From: Octopus sinensis
Taxonomy: Eukaryota
Reading direction: 5' to 3'
Assembly (NCBI RefSeq): GCF_006345805.1
Contig: NW_021833975.1
Coordinates: 1 to 54,793 of the forward strand
Length of the DNA: 54,793 bases
The notes under the pieces were generated by a model, which was given only the letters and a program-made list of their open reading frames with translations, was not told where the DNA came from and searched no databases. Position numbers and translations under genes: made by a program. Shown in pieces: positions 50,661 to 54,793 of the stretch (positions are counted from its first letter, which is position 1; each line of letters starts with the position of its first letter).

Positions 50661-51475
50661 AACGCATTTTCCATATGGAATCGAAAGCTGAGTCGCCGAT
50701 TTTGACGTATGAGGTATCAAATGATTCAGTAATCATCCGTCTACCAAATAAAGTATGTTTTTTGCACAACTTTTTAACCACAAAAATTACCTCAAAAACT
50801 AGGTCAGGTCGCACAATTTTGAGGTCCTTAGCTAAGGGAAACATCTATGCCTGAACAATCTTAAGATACATGCAGTTTCACTTGGGAATGAAACTTCGAA
50901 GATATCCCGTCAACTTAATTAGTACTGTTTAGCAGATAATCTTTTAGTATGTATTTGTTTTGTTTAGCTCTGATTTGCTTCCGATGTAGCAGATCCATGA
51001 AAGCGTGAGTTTTAAGAGAGATTTGGCTGCTATTTGTTGCAACTCAGGTTACAACACACACCTGTGTGTGTGTGTTTTGTTATGTCGAAAAAAATACTTT
51101 TTCTGAGAATAATTTGCACAATATATTTTTTAGGAATCTGGACATCTTTTTTACTGCTAACCTTTCAACTATAAATTACAATTGGTAATTGTTGCAAGTC
51201 ACATAGACTGCGACGTACATATGTTATCGTATAGAAGTTTTGAACTCATTATCTTGTGGTTAGTGATCCATTACCTTAAATTTGAAGCCATTAAATCTTT
51301 AAACATTATTTTAATGGGTTTCGTCACCTTAAAAAATTCAATTGTTCATTCTGACCTTATTGTGTATTTCAATCTGGCATTTATTTTACAGAATCCTGCT
51401 TGATGAACTTCTAACTTTGAGACATCGGGGGAAACATTACTCGATCTAACAACAAATGTAAACACGCATACATAT

Positions 51476-51585
51476 TAGGTGCAAGAATGACTGTGTGATT
51501 GAGAAGTTTGCTTCCCGACCACATGGTCCCACGTTCAGTCCCTCTCAATGGTACCTTGGGCAAATATTTGCTACTATAATCCTTG
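51476..51585 (+). mobile_element. SINE family B head, diverged
   Basis: taggtgcaagaatgactgtgtg...ccacatggtccc.cgttcagtccc...ggtaccttgggcaaat...ctactata. Confidence 0.65.
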
Positions 51586-51594
51586 TTTCTTACT

Positions 51595-51740
51595 GTGTTC
51601 CTTTCTGTGGAAGAGCGTAGGCTTGAAACGTTAAATACTTTTTCACGTTAAATACTTTCCCGAGCGTTATACTAATAACAGTGTTTGTTGTCTACACCAC
51701 TTGTCTTCGTCTTTTGTTTTCTTTGTGAATTCTCCTTATA
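51595..51740 (+). mobile_element. Penelope-type terminal-repeat fragment with a variant hammerhead core
   Basis: ctgtggaagagcgtaggcttgaaacgttaaatac..., a short internal duplication acgttaaatacttt, and ...acaccacttgtcttcgtcttttgttt. Confidence 0.62.
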
Positions 51741-52274
51741 TACATCTAGTAATATACAGACACACACGGATACACAAGGCCAGATTTACACACACAGACG
51801 TGCACATGGTTACAATTCAACTACTCCAGCATTGCCCAATATTCTAGGATGAACATTTTCTCTTACATAATAACTATTTCATAAATGAATGCAAGAGATT
51901 GTCTGAAACTTTTCCCTACCAAATTAAAAAAAAAAGAATCTTATTATTAAAAACTGTATTGCGCTTCCTGTACAGTGAACTCTACGATCCGCTATAGCCG
52001 TTAGCACACACAACAGAATAATACCTTTTAACAGAAGCTGGCCTTATCATTGGCCATAACCAAAGAAATGAGAAAATTCTGCTTAATATTATATGTTTGC
52101 CTTTATTATTTCCTCTCTTACCGAATATTACTTTGTTATTAACATTTTTATGTTTCTTGGTATAATTATTAATATATATATTTTTCATTATTCTATCATC
52201 ATTATTATGATATCATAATTGTTATTAGCTTTATCAGTATTGTTGTTGTTGCCAATACGTTCATTGTTGCTTTC

Positions 52275-52531
52275 TTTTCTTTTTCTTTTCTTTTACTTGT
52301 TTCAGTCATTTGACTGCGGCCATGCTGGAGCACCGCCTTTAGTCGAGCAAATCGACCCCGGGAATTATTCTTTGTAAGCCCAGTACTTATTATATCGGTC
52401 TCTTTTTCCGAACCGCTAAGTAACGGGGACGTAAACACACCAGCATCGGTTGTCAAGCAATGTTAGGGGGACAAACACAGACACACAAACACATACACAC
52501 ACACACACATATATATATATTTATATATTTA

Positions 52532-52579
<48 letters not shown>

Positions 52580-52748
52580 CATATATACGACATGCTTCTT
52601 TCAGTTTCCGTCTACCAAATCCACTCACAAGGCATTGGCTGGCCCGGGGCTATAGCAGAAGACACTTGCCCAAGATGCCACGCAGTGGGACTGAACCTGG
52701 AACCATGTGGTTAGTTAGCAAGCTACTTACCACACAGCTACTCCTGCT
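52275..52748 (-). mobile_element. SINE family B, full copy
   Basis: Reverse-complement tail, long TA linker and head. Confidence 0.92.
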
Positions 52749-52757
52749 GTTGACAAT

Positions 52758-53205
52758 ATAGGGAGAGTAATCCACTGGCGGTTACGTAGAAAGCTAGTAT
52801 TTGATCATATTAGTAAATGGTATGAACATGAATCCAGGAAAATATTAGAAACTAAGAAACACAAAATCTTGTGGGGTTCAACATTTAAACTGAATAGAAT
52901 AGTATTAGTAACTAGAAGGCCTAATTTAGTAGCATAGGATAACGAAAATAGAAAGTGCCAGACTTTCACAGTCGCAAATGATGAAAAATTCAATATCAGA
53001 AATATAGAGAAAATAGCGGGTACCAGGACTCAGCCATTGAATTACAGAGTGTATGAAAAGTGTGGGTAACATGAATCCCTGTAGTTCTAGGTGTATTGAG
53101 AATTATCCCTAAAGATCGCAACAGACGGACAGAGGAAATAGACATGAAACCGAGTTTAGTATAACCCCCAAACAGTGTTATTAGAAGCATCTATGACACC
53201 TAGGA
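52758..53205 (+). pseudogene. R4/Dong-clade LINE remnant 1 (restriction-like endonuclease domain)
   Basis: Hand translation: IGRVIHWRLRRKLVFDHISKWYEHESRKILETKKHKILWG...TRRPNLVA*DNENRKCQ..., frameshift, YQDSAIELQ...IPVVLGVL...QTVLLEA. Confidence 0.82.
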
Positions 53206-53216
53206 TTTTTTTTTGT

Positions 53217-53494
53217 GGAGGCACATGGCTGAGTGGGTAGAGCAGCGGACTCGCGTTCGAGGGATCGCGGGTCTGAACATCAGACTGGGCGATGTGTGTG
53301 TTTATGAGCGAAACACCTAATCTCCCCGCGGCTCCGGCAGAAGGTAATGGCGAACTTCTGCTGACTCTTTCGCCACAACTTTCTCTCACTCTTTCCTCCT
53401 GCATCTTGTAGCTCACCTGCAACGGACCGGCTATACGCCAGGGAAACCGGGAAACCGGCCCTTGTGAGCCAGGCATGGCTCGAGAATGAAACAA
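53217..53494 (+). mobile_element. tRNA-derived SINE family A, tail type 3
   Basis: Head ggaggcacatggctgagtgggtagagcagcggactcgcg..., core caactttctctcactcttt, tail gggaaaccgggaaaccggcccttgtgagccaggcatggct. Confidence 0.82.
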
Positions 53495-53599
53495 TTAGGA
53501 AAATTTTTTGCATGGAAGGTTACTTGCTGTAGCCGATGTGAGGATATTTTCTTTATCAACAGTCTAATCTGTTGTGTGTATATCAAAATAGTCCTTGGG

Positions 53600-54130
53600 G
53601 CACCTTGCATCAGGTATGTACTTGACAGAGCATAAAAATTGGTACGACCATAAACCCGAAGACATCATCGAAAATGATAATGCAAAGATCCTGAGGGATT
53701 TTATGATTCAGTGCGACCATGAGATAGAGAATAGGAAGTCAGAGATAGTATTAATTGAGGAAGAAAGCAAACTATTCTGGATAATAGATATATCATGCCC
53801 AGCTGACAACAAGGTATGCGATAAGGAAGATAGAAAACCCGAGAGATATGACAGGTTAGCTTGGGAGGTTAAGCAGTTGTGATCGATGAAAAAGGTGGTA
53901 GTAGTACCAATAATTGTCAGAGCCCTGGGAACAGTGAACAGAAATCTCAAGAAATAGGTGGAACAAATAGGGGCTGCAATAAGGGTGGAGCACTTGCAGA
54001 AAACAGCACTGCTTGGAACCGGTCGACTACTTCGGGAGGTGCTCGAAAAATAAGAGGTGTAAACGTTAATTCACTGGTAGTGAACAGCTGACACTGTAGG
54101 ACACCCCCAGCGTTAGAAATTGTGCAAAGG
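53600..54130 (+). pseudogene. R4/Dong-clade LINE remnant 2 (endonuclease domain plus 3' UTR), followed by an (AAT)n tail
   Basis: KNWYDHKPEDIIENDNAKILRDFMIQCDHEIENRKSEIVLIEEESKLFWIIDISCP...RYDRLAWEVKQL*SMKKVVVVPIIVRALG...LQKTALLGTGRLLREVLEK* (stop at 54051-53). The PD of RKPD has decayed to SE. Confidence 0.88.
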
Positions 54131-54137
54131 CAATAAT

Positions 54138-54168
<31 letters not shown>

Positions 54169-54262
54169 TCAATGATAATAATAGTTATTATTATTATCAT
54201 TATTATTATTATTATTATCATCATTATCAATCATCATCATCGTCATCATAATCATTATTATT

Positions 54263-54410
54263 GAGTGAGAGAGCAGTGCATGCCATCAGAAGGACACTGC
54301 GGTAAAATATACGAAGCCTTGTATACCCATCATGACTACCTGTCTGATAAGGGTACACTAAGCACATGCATCAGAACCATATGTGCGTGAGATGGTGATC
54401 TCAAATCAAG
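54263..54410 (-). mobile_element. 3' part of the (AAT)n-flanked element (homologue of 41806-42262)
   Basis: gagtgagagagcagtgcatgccatc...aaaatatacgaagcc...tacccatcatgactacc...ctgataagggtacac...gcacatgcatca.aaccatatgtgcg.ga.atggtgatctca. Confidence 0.85.
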
Positions 54411-54415
54411 CTTCT

Positions 54416-54566
54416 ATTTGTTTCAGTCATTTGAATGTGGCCATGCTGGAGCAGCGCCTTTAGTCGAGCAAATAGACTCCAGGAGTTATTCCTTCGCACT
54501 CTTTTGCCGAACCGCTAGGTTACGGGGACAACATCGGTTGTCAAGAGATGGTGGGGGAAAACACAG

Positions 54567-54635
<69 letters not shown>

Positions 54636-54793
54636 TGTGTGTGTGTGTGTGTGTGTGTGTATGTATCTATGTATATATATATATATAATACACAACGGGC
54701 TTCTTTCAGTTTCCGTCTACCAAATCCACTTACCAGGCTTTCGTTGGTTCGAGGCTATAGTAGAAGGCACTTACCCAAGGTGCCACCCATTAG
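54416..54793 (-). mobile_element. SINE family B, running to the window edge
   Basis: Reverse-complement tail, TA/TG linker and most of the head. Confidence 0.85.

Overview
Very AT-rich eukaryotic genomic DNA, most likely octopus (coleoid cephalopod). This is inferred from recalled octopus SINE families and a mollusc-type 5S sequence; no search was run. I can recognise no intact host protein-coding gene, and almost every ORF in the supplied track is a translation of a microsatellite. The window is a mosaic of simple repeats [(TA)n, (GATA)n, (CATA)n, (ATT)n, (GAT)n, (GAA/GGA)n, (TG)n] and transposon debris. Elements found: about 17 copies or fragments of a bipartite tRNA-headed SINE (my label 'family B'), other tRNA-headed SINEs ('A', 'C', 'D'), a Tx1/L1-type LINE 3' end inside a (GATA)n array, two RTE-clade LINE fragments, two R4/Dong endonuclease remnants, a Penelope-like GIY-YIG remnant, two mariner transposase pseudogenes, a Helitron helicase remnant and several MITEs. 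The most interesting signals are: (1) a near-perfect 178-bp fold-back at 36494-36671 whose arms are two oppositely oriented type I hammerhead ribozymes; (2) a dispersed family of minimal Penelope-type hammerheads with a recurrent core variant; (3) a full-length 5S rRNA copy joined to a SINE-type 3' tail with a covarying hairpin; (4) retroelements sitting in specific microsatellites (GATA, TAA). All family assignments come from motif recognition and hand translation. Boundaries are approximate (about 5-20 bp) unless stated.
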